Source: Promethearchaeota archaeon (lineage in GTDB: Archaea > Asgardarchaeota > Lokiarchaeia > Sigyniarchaeales > SOKP01). From it: a stretch of DNA of 64,000 nt. The notes under the pieces are model-generated. The model saw nothing but the letters and a program-made list of their open reading frames with translations. It did not search any database and had not been told where the DNA came from. The position numbers were made by a program, and so were the translations under genes. The stretch lies in NCBI GenBank assembly GCA_030603385.1, contig JAUVXW010000018.1:8499-72498 (forward strand). The letters are read 5' to 3'. Below, one piece after another: positions 10,082-20,478 of this stretch. Within the stretch, counting starts at the first letter, position 1; each line of letters starts with the position of its first letter.

Positions 10082-10669
10082 ATGAAAGAAACTGAAAAAT
10101 TAGAAATCAGTATCCATGGAAGAGGGGGAATGGGAGTAGTTACATGTGCAGAAATAATTGCAGAAGCAGCGTATTTAAGTGGTAACTTTGCTGATGTGCA
10201 TGCATACCCTTCATTTGGAGCTGAAAGAAGAGGTGCTCCTGTTCAAGCATATGCTAAGCTTTCTCGAACAGACACTATTTGGGATAGAGCTCAAATAGAA
10301 AACCCTAATATCTTGATAATATTTGATGAAACTGTATTAAATCAAGAAATAACTTCTTCCCTTAGACAAGGGGGTATATTCATTATTAATTCAGAAAAGG
10401 ATCCTAAATTTTTTGTAGAGAAGTATAAAATAGGTAGTGAGTCAAAAATTGTTATCGCAGATATTAGTAAATTAGCAATAGAGAAAAATCTTACAATTGA
10501 TGGAAATCCAGTTATCAATACGCCAATCTTAGGATTGCTTTCTAAAGCACTTCCAGATTTAAATTTAGATAATTTAAAAAAAGTTGTTATTAAACGTCTG
10601 GGCGAAAAAGTTGGCACGCTGAACTATGAATTAATAGAAAAGGGATACAATTTAGCTAAAATACTATAA
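10082..10669 (+). CDS. porC: 2-oxoacid (pyruvate/ketoisovalerate):ferredoxin oxidoreductase gamma subunit
   Basis: HGRGGMGVVT, PSFGAERRGAPV, NTPILG; ATG at 10082. Confidence 0.92.
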   Translation: MKETEKLEISIHGRGGMGVVTCAEIIAEAAYLSGNFADVHAYPSFGAERRGAPVQAYAKLSRTDTIWDRAQIENPNILIIFDETVLNQEITSSLRQGGIFIINSEKDPKFFVEKYKIGSESKIVIADISKLAIEKNLTIDGNPVINTPILGLLSKALPDLNLDNLKKVVIKRLGEKVGTLNYELIEKGYNLAKIL

Positions 10670-10691
10670 ACTGAATTAAAAATATAATCAC

Positions 10692-12191
10692 TTAATTAAG
10701 CGGTAATTTAACAATAAAAGTGCTTCCTTTACCTCTCCCTTCTGATTCCGCTCTAATATAACCTCCATGTAAATCAACAATTTCTTTTGATATAAATAAT
10801 CCAAGTCCTGAACCTTGGATATCAATATATTCTAGTCCTTCTTCATATCTCTCTATTTTCCCGAATCTAGTGAAAATAATACTCATTTCTTCCTCAGTTA
10901 AGCCAATTCCAGTATCATTCACAGAAAACTCAACCCAATCTTCGTTTTCTGATAAAATTATAGTTATTTTTCCATTAGGAGGAGTATTCTTTATGGCATT
11001 TAGAAGTAAATTGGTAATTACTTGTTCAATTCTTAATCTATCTATTTCAATATGGATATTTGAGGGAAGTTCTAATATAAGACTCAAATTTCTTTCTTTT
11101 ATTAAAAATCTCATTTCTTCTGAACTTTCCTTAATTACTATTGTGAGGTTCGTTAATTCTTTTTCTAGCTTAAGTTTATTATATTCTATTCTTGTAATGT
11201 CTAACAAATTATCAACTAGAAGATTTAACCTTTCTCCACCTTTTTGAATCATTTGAATTAATTCTAATACATCTTCTCCTAATTTATCTTTAAATACATC
11301 TAGTAAAAGCTCAGAACTTGCGAAGACCAACACAAGGGGTGTCTTTAACTCATGAGAAACTCTTGAAATTAAATCCTTTCTTAATTGATCTAATTCTTTT
11401 AATTTTTGGATTTCTTCCTTTATTAAGAGATCTGCTTCCTTCCGTTTAGTTATATCATGTAAAATTACTTGGACTAAAGTTTCACTCCCTAATTTTACTA
11501 AGGATGCTTGAAGATTTGCCCAAATTAAACATCCGTCTTTTTTATACAATTGAATATCTATACGGTGTATCACTTCTCCTTTTATAAATCTATCAAATAA
11601 ATCAATTAGCATCGGAAGAAAATCCGGATGAATAAATGTAAGATCTTTAAATTTTTTACCTTGTAAATCAATTCTGTTATATCCCACTAATACTTCAGCA
11701 GCAGGACTACTATCAATTATTTCACCTTTTGAATTAATTAAAATTATAGCAAATGGTGAGTCTTCAAATAAATATCTATATTTTTCCTCAGATTCTCTTA
11801 ATTTCTGCTCCGCTAGCTTCTTCTCAGTAACATCATTTCCAATCCCTAAAACGGCATAGATTTTTTCATTTTTTTTAAATGGAATAGCATAGGTTTCAAC
11901 ATATATAAATTTCCCTTCTTTAGTTTTAAGCTTATATTCACTGCGTTCTGATTGTTTTCCCGTTTTTCTAATTTCATTTGTAACTTTTATTGCTTTCATT
12001 AGATTCTCTCTATCTAGTAAATCTATGAAAGAAATATCTGGAATTTCATCTCTTTTAAATCCTAACTTTTTTAATGCGACATTATTAGCATCCAGAAAAT
12101 TTCCTCTCAAGTCATTAACATAAATTAAATCTAAAGAAAACTCAAATAGATCCTTATACTTTTCTCTTATCTCTTCCTTGTTAAATTTCAT
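10692..12191 (-). CDS. Cytoplasmic two-PAS sensor histidine kinase
   Basis: Two PAS/PAC units; SHELKTPL H-box; NLLLNAIK N-box; DTGIG, GSGLGL, GSTF. Confidence 0.95.
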   Translation of the reverse strand: MKFNKEEIREKYKDLFEFSLDLIYVNDLRGNFLDANNVALKKLGFKRDEIPDISFIDLLDRENLMKAIKVTNEIRKTGKQSERSEYKLKTKEGKFIYVETYAIPFKKNEKIYAVLGIGNDVTEKKLAEQKLRESEEKYRYLFEDSPFAIILINSKGEIIDSSPAAEVLVGYNRIDLQGKKFKDLTFIHPDFLPMLIDLFDRFIKGEVIHRIDIQLYKKDGCLIWANLQASLVKLGSETLVQVILHDITKRKEADLLIKEEIQKLKELDQLRKDLISRVSHELKTPLVLVFASSELLLDVFKDKLGEDVLELIQMIQKGGERLNLLVDNLLDITRIEYNKLKLEKELTNLTIVIKESSEEMRFLIKERNLSLILELPSNIHIEIDRLRIEQVITNLLLNAIKNTPPNGKITIILSENEDWVEFSVNDTGIGLTEEEMSIIFTRFGKIERYEEGLEYIDIQGSGLGLFISKEIVDLHGGYIRAESEGRGKGSTFIVKLPLN

Positions 12192-13350
12192 TTAAGACTC
12201 ACATTTTTCATAAATTTGATTTAGCACTACTTGGAAAATGGTAACTTTATTATAAATGTACTTCCTTTATTTCTCCCTGCTGATTCCGCCCAAATTTGAC
12301 CCTTATGTAAGTTAATAATCTCTTTAGAAATAAATAAACCAAGACCAGAACCTTGAATGTCTATAAATTCTAATCCTTCTCCATATCTTTCTATCTTCCC
12401 AAACCTAGTAAATATTCTATCCATTTCCTCTCGAGTTAAACCAATACCAGTATCATTGACAAAAAATTCAACCCAATTTCCTTTTCTATATAATTTTATC
12501 AAAATTTTTCCATTAGGTGGTGTATTTTTTATAGCATTGGATAAAAGATTTAGAACTACTTGTTCAATTCTTACTTTATCAAGGTTTATAATTAATTCAT
12601 TAGGAAGTTCAAGTTTTAAATCTAATTTCCGCCTTTTTATTAAATACATCATTTCATTAGCGCAATCTTGGATTATATCACTTAAATTAGTTAAATCTGT
12701 TATTAATTCAAATTTATCATACTCAATTCTAGTAATGTCAAGTAGGTTGTCAACTAAATATTTTAATCTTGAACCTCCTTTTTCAATCATCTTAATTAAT
12801 TCTTTACTCTCCTCATTAATCTCATCTTTAAATAGTTCTAAAAGTAACTCCGAGGCTCCACAGACAGAAACAAGTGGTGTTTTTAATTCATGAGAAACTC
12901 TTGAGATTAAATCTTTTCTAATTTGATCTAGCTCTTTTAATTTTTGAATCTCCTCTTGTACTAGAAGATCAGCCCTCTTCCGATCTGTTATGTCATGAAG
13001 AATTGCTTGAACTAAGAAATTCTCACCTAATTTGATTAAAGTTGTTTGATAATTAATCCAAACTAGATCTCCATTCTTTTTATAAAACTCTGCATCGAAA
13101 GGAGGTAAAATTTCACCTTTTAGTAATTTTTTAAATCGTTCAAGCATCATAGGTAAATAATTTGGATGAATTGTTACAAGATTCCTATACTCATGACCTA
13201 TTAATTCTTCTATATTATATCCTAATAATTTTTCAGTTGCAGGATTACAATAAATGATTTTACCTTTTTGATCGATAAGAGCTATTGCAAATGGCACAGA
13301 TTCAAATAGGTTACGATATCTACTTTCAGATTCCTTTACTTTTTGCTCCA
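10692..13350 (-). repeat. Tandem duplication of the last PAS plus kinase module (about 10692-11820 versus 12227-13350)
   Basis: Near-identical stretches such as EEIQKLKELDQ.RKDLISRVSHELKTPLV and IFTRFGKIERY.EGLE.IDIQGSGLGLFISKEI; DNA similarity visible. Confidence 0.8.
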
Positions 13351-14944
13351 AATCAAACTTTTCAGTGATATCTGATATTAATCCTTGAATCTTAATAGGC
13401 TCACCATCAATATTCTTAATTAAATGGGAGTTTAGCTGTAAAATAATATTTTGACCATTCTTTTTTTGTGAGTGTACAATATAATTCTTGATAAATCCAT
13501 CTTCTTCTAATTTTTTTAAATAATCATCACGCTCACTCGGATTTTGCCAAAACTGCTTCACATTTATTTTTGATAAATCTTCTGTAGGTCCAAAACCTAA
13601 TAAATAGCTAAATGCAGGATTATAATTTAACAAATCACCTTCCCAATTTACCTGATAAAATCCTAAATCTAATTTATTAATCATATTTCGATATTTTTCT
13701 TCAGATTCTTTTAGCTTTTGTTCAGATTGCTTCCGAATTGTTATATCACGAACTTCTCCTTGAATGAATTTCTTTCCACCTATAGTAAAAAGACTTGAGG
13801 ATACTTCAGCAGGAAAAATTTCTCCGTTTTTCTTTTTAAAGTTAATGTCAAACCTTACAAAACCTTTTTTCGAAATTTCTTCAAAAGCTTTTTTTGATTC
13901 TACAAGTTCACTTATTGGATGTAGTTGGGTAATGTTAAGAGATAAGATCTCTGCTTTTGGATATCCAAAATGATCTAATACTTTCTGATTAACATCTATT
14001 ATTTTACCTTCTAAATCATGTAAAAAAATTCCATCATTTGAATGTTGAAAAAGATTACTGTATTTTTCTTGGGATTCTTCCAATTCTTTTGTTCTCAATC
14101 TAACTTTTTGAGTGAGTTCAATCTTAAATTTCTCCTCTAAATCTTCTTCTTTCTTCCTCTCAGTAATATCTCGTACTATACCATAAAAACCTCTTTTTCT
14201 GCCTTTAGGATTATACTTTAAATATACTGAAGTTTCAAAAAACGCTTTTTCTCCATTTTTTCTAATAACAGGAAACTGAAATATATTCTGCTGAATTTCT
14301 GTTCTAAACACCTTATTAAAGGTTTTAAAAACTAAATCACGCGTTTTCTCTTCAGTAGTTATAATATAATTTTCTTTTAACAATTCTTCCTTTGAATATC
14401 CAATAAATTTACATAGAGCATCGTTAACATACGTAAAATTTCCTTTCAGATCAACTTCATAATATCCTTCTTTAATGTTTTTGATTATACTTTGATATTT
14501 TTCTTCTGAATCTTTTAATGTAAGTTCAGTGAGTTTTTTTTCTGATATGTCTTTTGAAATTAAAAGAACTCTTTTACCTTTCTTCCTATCTTCTAATAGC
14601 TTAATCTTCACTTCAAACCAGACTTTCTTACCATCTTTATGGTAGATTTGTATATCAACTATTTTTTCGTCAGTATAATCAATCTTTTTAAGGATTTCTT
14701 GTATTTTATTAATACCCTTAATATCGATGAAGTGATTAATGTTCTTGCCAATTAAATCTTCATTTGAATATCCTAATAGTTTTAAATAGATTTTTTCATT
14801 TACAAATTCAATTTCAAGGTTCAGATTTATAATACAGATTAAATCATTTACGGTATTGGATAATAATAAATAATTTTCTTTTGAAATTTCCATGTCAATC
14901 CCTAAATCCATCCTTTTTTTATAACTTATATAAAAGAAACACAA
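12227..14944 (-). CDS. Cytoplasmic five-PAS sensor histidine kinase
   Basis: Repeated SEEKY...DITE PAS units; SHELKTPL; NLLSNAIK; DTGIG; GSGLGL; start may be a downstream ATG. Confidence 0.95.
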   Translation of the reverse strand: MCFFYISYKKRMDLGIDMEISKENYLLLSNTVNDLICIINLNLEIEFVNEKIYLKLLGYSNEDLIGKNINHFIDIKGINKIQEILKKIDYTDEKIVDIQIYHKDGKKVWFEVKIKLLEDRKKGKRVLLISKDISEKKLTELTLKDSEEKYQSIIKNIKEGYYEVDLKGNFTYVNDALCKFIGYSKEELLKENYIITTEEKTRDLVFKTFNKVFRTEIQQNIFQFPVIRKNGEKAFFETSVYLKYNPKGRKRGFYGIVRDITERKKEEDLEEKFKIELTQKVRLRTKELEESQEKYSNLFQHSNDGIFLHDLEGKIIDVNQKVLDHFGYPKAEILSLNITQLHPISELVESKKAFEEISKKGFVRFDINFKKKNGEIFPAEVSSSLFTIGGKKFIQGEVRDITIRKQSEQKLKESEEKYRNMINKLDLGFYQVNWEGDLLNYNPAFSYLLGFGPTEDLSKINVKQFWQNPSERDDYLKKLEEDGFIKNYIVHSQKKNGQNIILQLNSHLIKNIDGEPIKIQGLISDITEKFDLEQKVKESESRYRNLFESVPFAIALIDQKGKIIYCNPATEKLLGYNIEELIGHEYRNLVTIHPNYLPMMLERFKKLLKGEILPPFDAEFYKKNGDLVWINYQTTLIKLGENFLVQAILHDITDRKRADLLVQEEIQKLKELDQIRKDLISRVSHELKTPLVSVCGASELLLELFKDEINEESKELIKMIEKGGSRLKYLVDNLLDITRIEYDKFELITDLTNLSDIIQDCANEMMYLIKRRKLDLKLELPNELIINLDKVRIEQVVLNLLSNAIKNTPPNGKILIKLYRKGNWVEFFVNDTGIGLTREEMDRIFTRFGKIERYGEGLEFIDIQGSGLGLFISKEIINLHKGQIWAESAGRNKGSTFIIKLPFSK

Positions 14945-15191
14945 TACTCGAAAGGTTATACAACATTAAGAAACTGTATAACTTTTACTTATTAGACTAA
15001 TGATATATTAAGTATTTATTTTTAATTTAAAAAAAAGTAATATCAAATTATTCTCATGTTCTACATATCATTCTTGATAAATTAAACGAAATCCTCCAAC
15101 ATTCTTTATTTTTATAAATAATAAGAATTAAAAATTTGCTTACGTTTGATTTTATACAAGAATCTGATATTAAATTAATTTTGATGAATAG

Positions 15192-15491
15192 ATGACAGGC
15201 TCGAAAAAAAAATATCAAAAAATATTAGGCTCAGTTCAGAAACCTGTTATTGGGGAAGCAGGTCAAACAGGAACTTGGAGTTCAAAAAAACCAATAATTG
15301 ATTTAAAGAAGTGTATACCCGTTAAATCCGGAAAACCTAGTTGTTTTAATTGCTGGCTATATTGTCCAGAAGCCGTAGTCTCTAGAACAATTCCACCTCA
15401 AATAGATTTTAATTACTGCAAAGGATGTGGTATCTGCATGGAAGAATGCCCAGTTAAAGCAATATCAATGGAGGAGGTGAAAAATGAATGA
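15192..15491 (+). CDS. porD: 2-oxoacid:ferredoxin oxidoreductase delta subunit (2x[4Fe-4S])
   Basis: TGTW...P, CFNCWLYCPE, CKGCGICMEECP. Confidence 0.93.
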   Translation: MTGSKKKYQKILGSVQKPVIGEAGQTGTWSSKKPIIDLKKCIPVKSGKPSCFNCWLYCPEAVVSRTIPPQIDFNYCKGCGICMEECPVKAISMEEVKNE

Positions 15492-16780
15492 CACTTACTG
15501 AAAATGAAGAATCAACTACCGATGAAAATATCATGATTTTGACAGGAAATCACGCTGCTGCACACGCATTTAGACAAGCAAAAGTAGGTGTTGTTTCTGC
15601 ATATCCAATCACACCTCAAAGCCCAGTAGTTGAAAAAATTGCTGAATTTATAGCTGAAGGTAAACTAAAAGCAAGATTTGTAAAAGTTGAATCTGAACAT
15701 AGTGCGATGGCCGTTCTATGTGCTGCCTCTGTTACGGGATCAAGAGTATGTACAGCAACTTCTGCTCATGGTTTAGAATTGATGTATGAAATGTTACCTT
15801 GGGCTTCAGGGAATAGATTACCAATAGTTCTTAATTTAGCGACTAGGAGCTTAGGAGCCCCTTGGTCAGTTTGGACAGACCATCAAGATTTTATAACAAT
15901 TAGAGATGTTGGATGGATTCAATTGTTTTGCGAGAATAATCAAGAAATCTATGATACCAACCTTCAAGCATTTAAGATTGCAGAAGATTCAAGAGTTCTC
16001 CTACCTGTAGCCTGTGCTTACGACGGTTATGTGCTTTCACACACGGCAATGCCAGTAAAGTTAGAAATACAAGAGTTAGTAGATAAATTCTTACCACCTC
16101 TCAATCATCATATTAATTTGTCTGATATTTCTACTGTTAAAGGAATTGATCCGGTAACCACACCTCAAGTTGTTAAGCGAGATGAGGGTGTCGTTCCAGG
16201 ATATTATGAATATAGATATGCATTGCAAAAAGCATTAGAGAATTCAATTGATATCATTAAAGAAGTTCACAATGATTTTGCTAAAAAGTTTGGAAGATCT
16301 TATGGAAATGGTATATATAAAGCAATTCGAACGGATGACGCAGATATTATAATCTTTGGGATGGGATCAGTAGCATCACAATCAAGAGTTGCTGTAGAAA
16401 AACTTAGAACTGAAGGTCTAAAAGTTGGCTTACTGAGTCTGAAATTATTTCGTCCCTACCCTGCAGAGGAACTAAGAGAATTTTTCAAGGATAAAGAAAA
16501 TATTATAGTATTTGATAGGGACATTGGATATGGATATGAAGGTACTTTATCATATGAATTAAAAGCAGCCCTTTACGGATTGAAAAATCGACCAAATATC
16601 AAGGGTTTTATTGTTGGATTAGGTGGAAGAGATGTTAAAACAGAACACATAATAACTGGTGTTTATAAAGCTTTGGATGAATTTAAGAAGGGGATCTTTA
16701 CAAATAAAACAGACTTTTTAGGATTAAGATTAGAAGAATTGGAAGATTATGATGAAGAAACTTATTTTAAAGGAGGATGA
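15488..16780 (+). CDS. porA: 2-oxoacid:ferredoxin oxidoreductase alpha subunit
   Basis: GNHAAA, AYPITPQS, VESEHSA, TATS, DGYVLSH, FRPYP, GLGGRD. Confidence 0.95.
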   Translation: MTLTENEESTTDENIMILTGNHAAAHAFRQAKVGVVSAYPITPQSPVVEKIAEFIAEGKLKARFVKVESEHSAMAVLCAASVTGSRVCTATSAHGLELMYEMLPWASGNRLPIVLNLATRSLGAPWSVWTDHQDFITIRDVGWIQLFCENNQEIYDTNLQAFKIAEDSRVLLPVACAYDGYVLSHTAMPVKLEIQELVDKFLPPLNHHINLSDISTVKGIDPVTTPQVVKRDEGVVPGYYEYRYALQKALENSIDIIKEVHNDFAKKFGRSYGNGIYKAIRTDDADIIIFGMGSVASQSRVAVEKLRTEGLKVGLLSLKLFRPYPAEELREFFKDKENIIVFDRDIGYGYEGTLSYELKAALYGLKNRPNIKGFIVGLGGRDVKTEHIITGVYKALDEFKKGIFTNKTDFLGLRLEELEDYDEETYFKGG

Positions 16781-16786
16781 GAGATA

Positions 16787-17686
16787 ATGGTAAATGTAAT
16801 GGACATTCCTGAGGAAGAATATATTTTTCCTGGCACACGCGCATGTGCGGGTTGTGCTATGGCGTTAATATATAGGATCGCACTAAAAGCTCTTGGTTCT
16901 AATACAATCGTAACAGTTCCTGCTTCTTGTTTAACCGTTCTCCATGGAATGCAAGGTTTTTGTACTACAAAGATTTCTGTTTACCATACTCCATTCGCAA
17001 CTACAGGTGCATCTGCATCTGGTATCTTAGCATCATTAGAGGATAAAGGCTTAGCAGATGAAATTACTGTCCTTGCTTTTGCAGGTGACGGCGGAACAGC
17101 TGATATTGGAATACAAGCTCTAAGTGGTGCTGCAGAAAGAGGCACAAATTTTATTTATGCCTGCTATGATAATGAAGCTTATATGAATACAGGAGTCCAA
17201 AGAAGTGGATCAACGCCAATAGGTGTCCAAACAACAACAACACCAGAAGGAAAATTAGTTCATAAAAAAAATATGCCCAAAATTTTAGAAGCTCACGGGA
17301 TTCCATATGTCGCTACTGCCAATGCCGCATACCCACTTGATTTATATGAAAAATTTAAACGAGCAAAGGATATAAAGGGTCCAAAATATATTCATATATT
17401 ATCGCCTTGTCCTCCTGGTTGGGGATATAACCCAAAAGATACAATGTTAATTGGTAGGCTAGCAAATGAAACAGGATTTTGGCCTCTTTACGAAGTTCTT
17501 GATGGAAAGTTTGAGCTGTCAAATTCAAGTAAAAGATATTTAGACTCCTCGAAAAGAAAACCAATAACAGATTATTTGAAAGCTCAAAAAAGATTTAAAT
17601 CAATCGATGAAAAGATAGTAAAAACTTATGAAAAATATATTGATAATACTTGGAAAGAAATAAAGAGTAGGCTTGAAAGTAGCTAA
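16787..17686 (+). CDS. porB: 2-oxoacid:ferredoxin oxidoreductase beta subunit
   Basis: ACAGC, GDGGTADIG...DNEAYMNTG TPP motif, SPCPPGW. Confidence 0.95.
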   Translation: MVNVMDIPEEEYIFPGTRACAGCAMALIYRIALKALGSNTIVTVPASCLTVLHGMQGFCTTKISVYHTPFATTGASASGILASLEDKGLADEITVLAFAGDGGTADIGIQALSGAAERGTNFIYACYDNEAYMNTGVQRSGSTPIGVQTTTTPEGKLVHKKNMPKILEAHGIPYVATANAAYPLDLYEKFKRAKDIKGPKYIHILSPCPPGWGYNPKDTMLIGRLANETGFWPLYEVLDGKFELSNSSKRYLDSSKRKPITDYLKAQKRFKSIDEKIVKTYEKYIDNTWKEIKSRLESS

Positions 17687-17793
17687 CTCTTTAGACTTAA
17701 TTTGAGAATTTCCTATTTTTGAATTCTTTTTTCTTGTTATTTTGTTATGGAAAAAAATAAAAACTAATTTTAGTTAAGTTAATTAGATATTAT

Positions 17794-18576
17794 ATGCTGA
17801 GAACATTCATATTTGACGATTCTAAATCTAAATGGGTAGAAGAGAAACAACAATTATTATCAGAAGATATTTGTGTATTATTGGATGATGAAGAAGAAAT
17901 TCTATATTTATGGAGGGGCTTAAAAACAAGTAAAAAAAGGTTTAAGAAGGGATATAAACAATTAAAAGAACTAATTTCTAATTTCCCTGATTTAAACCTC
18001 CAATTTATGATGGTAACAAAAAATTTCCCAATCCAAGTTCAAGAGAAGCTTGATTCCATGTTAGAAACAGCTAAGAAAGAGAGGAGTGGGATTTTACTAT
18101 TTAACAGATTTATTACTATACGGATTTATTTTATTTTTTTATTATGTGCAATTATTTTACCAATCGTTTCTTTATTAAATTTGAGTTCCTCCTTGCTATG
18201 GACGATTTCTAATGGAAATTATGAAGTAAATAATAATACCTTCCGATTATGGATATACTACTCGGAAATTTTAACACTTATAACTTTAATTTGCTTTATC
18301 ATTAATTTGGTTATTGGAATTATTGAATTTGAAAATCAGGTAATTGTTTTTTCTATTGTTGGGTTATTAATTTGTGTTGGATTATTTATATATTTAAATT
18401 TTGACATTTATTTATTTCTATTTCAAGAAGGATCAACCTTAACTAATTATTTAATCTCAAGAAAGGATATTTTGTACTTTATTATAGTAAACTTAATCTC
18501 AATTTTAATTTTTGAAATCCCAAATACAATTAAATTAATATCATTTCTGAAAACATACCGAAAATTTATTTTTTAG
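17794..18576 (+). CDS. Gelsolin-like N-terminal domain fused to four predicted transmembrane helices
   Basis: LLSEDICVLLDDEEEILYLWRGLKTS followed by a long helix (gelsolin-fold pattern); four hydrophobic segments from about aa 110. Confidence 0.6.
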   Translation: MLRTFIFDDSKSKWVEEKQQLLSEDICVLLDDEEEILYLWRGLKTSKKRFKKGYKQLKELISNFPDLNLQFMMVTKNFPIQVQEKLDSMLETAKKERSGILLFNRFITIRIYFIFLLCAIILPIVSLLNLSSSLLWTISNGNYEVNNNTFRLWIYYSEILTLITLICFIINLVIGIIEFENQVIVFSIVGLLICVGLFIYLNFDIYLFLFQEGSTLTNYLISRKDILYFIIVNLISILIFEIPNTIKLISFLKTYRKFIF

Positions 18577-18586
18577 CTGAAGTAAT

Positions 18587-19462
18587 TTGGAAGCCGCAAA
18601 ACTTCTCAAGAGTTTGGAAAAAGAGGATTTTAGAATCCTCATGGCAATTGAGATTGGAATGAAAAGATCAGAATATGTTACAATTAATAATATAAAATTT
18701 TATTCAAGATACAAGATGGAAGAAACACTATTTCGCTTGAATAAAGTTCATAAATTTGATTTAATAATAAGAAACACTTCAAAATATGAAATTGCTTACA
18801 ATCTTAATTCAAAAGCATATGATTTGCTTGCTCTACACACACTAGTCAAAAAAAATGTGATTAGCCAACTCGGACCTTTAATTGGAAAAGGAAAAGAATC
18901 TGATGTATATAGTTGTATGGATGATAATGGAAAAATCTATGCTTTAAAATTTTATCGTATGGGTCGTACGAGTTTTAGAAACATTAAAATGTACAGAGAC
19001 ATCATAGGTGATAGAGGGCACCTTTCATGGCTTTATGTAAATCGACTTGCTGCTAGAAAGGAATTTGAGGCATTGACAAAAATCTTTAAATTAAAATTAA
19101 ATACTCCTAAGCCAATTGCATATAATCGACATGTCATTGTTATGTCATATTTGAGGGGTAAGGAATTAGTTTATTACAAGCAAATTAAAAAACCATTAAA
19201 AATTTTTAGACGTATTATTAAGCAAATTAAAATCATTTATCAAAAGGCGCATATGATTCACGGAGATTTAGGTGAATTTAACATTGTCTTGAGTGAGAGA
19301 GGAAATATTTTGATTATTGATTGGCTACAATGGGTTCCAAGTGATCATCCTAATGCCAATACACTTTTAGAAAGAGATATCATTAACATCTGCCATTTTT
19401 TTCAAAAGAAATTCAATATTGAGAGTAACGTGAATGAAATCATAACCAGTTTTTATAAATAA
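18587..19462 (+). CDS. rio2: RIO2-type serine/threonine kinase
   Basis: EDFRILMAIE wHTH, IGKGKESDVY, GRTSF, HGDLGEFNI, IIDW.Q. Confidence 0.93.
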   Translation: MEAAKLLKSLEKEDFRILMAIEIGMKRSEYVTINNIKFYSRYKMEETLFRLNKVHKFDLIIRNTSKYEIAYNLNSKAYDLLALHTLVKKNVISQLGPLIGKGKESDVYSCMDDNGKIYALKFYRMGRTSFRNIKMYRDIIGDRGHLSWLYVNRLAARKEFEALTKIFKLKLNTPKPIAYNRHVIVMSYLRGKELVYYKQIKKPLKIFRRIIKQIKIIYQKAHMIHGDLGEFNIVLSERGNILIIDWLQWVPSDHPNANTLLERDIINICHFFQKKFNIESNVNEIITSFYK

Positions 19463-19482
19463 TGATATAAATAAAATTAAAA

Positions 19483-20094
19483 TTATTCTTTTGAAATTAT
19501 ACCTTGTATTATAATATCTTCTAAGAATTCCTCGTTAATTATCTCAAGATCCTTAACATTCGGCTTTAAAAAATCAATTAAAGCGCCTAACTCTAGTTTC
19601 TTCTTTAAGATTGAGAATTTCAAATCACTGTTTATTAAGGCTACTCTAAATAATTCTTGAATTCCTTCATAAGTTCCTGGTTGATTTTGAAAGGATGTAA
19701 ATGAAAAAATTAGATTAAAAATATTATCTCGAAAAGGTAAATTTTCTATGTCTGATAAAATTAAAGAAATATTAGCTTTATCTTTTAACCTAAATAGTTT
19801 TGATTTAAATTCTAACAGCATATTCCATGATATATCTATTGCTACAAAATTACATTTTAAATTCCCGTTATAAAGATCACTGTTTAATATAAATTCAATT
19901 AAAAGCCCTGTACCACAGCCAACATCTAAAACTTTTTTCTCTTTTAATTGATAATTATTCAGTACTTTATTGTATTTTTTTTCTTGGATTTCCTTGTATC
20001 TTTTGTCATAAAAAGATGCTGATAAGTTATAACTTTCAATAATCTTTTTCTTCTTATTTGAGGTTCTAAAATGTCTTTTCAATAATAAAACCAA
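19483..20094 (-). CDS. Class I SAM-dependent methyltransferase
   Basis: VLDVGCGTG, DIS..ML, DIENLPF. Confidence 0.88.
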   Translation of the reverse strand: MVLLLKRHFRTSNKKKKIIESYNLSASFYDKRYKEIQEKKYNKVLNNYQLKEKKVLDVGCGTGLLIEFILNSDLYNGNLKCNFVAIDISWNMLLEFKSKLFRLKDKANISLILSDIENLPFRDNIFNLIFSFTSFQNQPGTYEGIQELFRVALINSDLKFSILKKKLELGALIDFLKPNVKDLEIINEEFLEDIIIQGIISKE

Positions 20095-20213
20095 AGAACT
20101 TTAATCTTTCTATTTTTAATATCGATAAAAAGGTTTTAATTGAAAAAAATCTATCTTTAAATTATCTTTTCAATAAATATAATTAAAATTTTTGTTAAAA
20201 AAAAGGTTTTATA

Positions 20214-20477
20214 ATGTCTTATAGGAATAACAGTCAACAGAGGTCAAAAAACCCTCTCTCCATATTACAAGCTGCGCAAAACAGCATTATTTTGCTTAGA
20301 TTAAAAGATGGTACAGAATATAAAGGATTACTAAAGGAGATCGACGCTTACATGAATTTAATCTTAGAAAATGCCACAGAAATGCTTGAAGGAACGCCGG
20401 TGGCTAAATACAACGAGATATTCATTCGAGGCAATAATCTTCTCTTCATAAAGCCAGACGCCTCACAGATTACATAA
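20214..20477 (+). CDS. Sm-like (SmAP/LSm) RNA-binding protein
   Basis: LKDG..YKG.L..ID.YMNLIL.NA.E (Sm1) and IFIRGNN (Sm2). Confidence 0.93.
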   Translation: MSYRNNSQQRSKNPLSILQAAQNSIILLRLKDGTEYKGLLKEIDAYMNLILENATEMLEGTPVAKYNEIFIRGNNLLFIKPDASQIT

Positions 20478-20478
20478 T

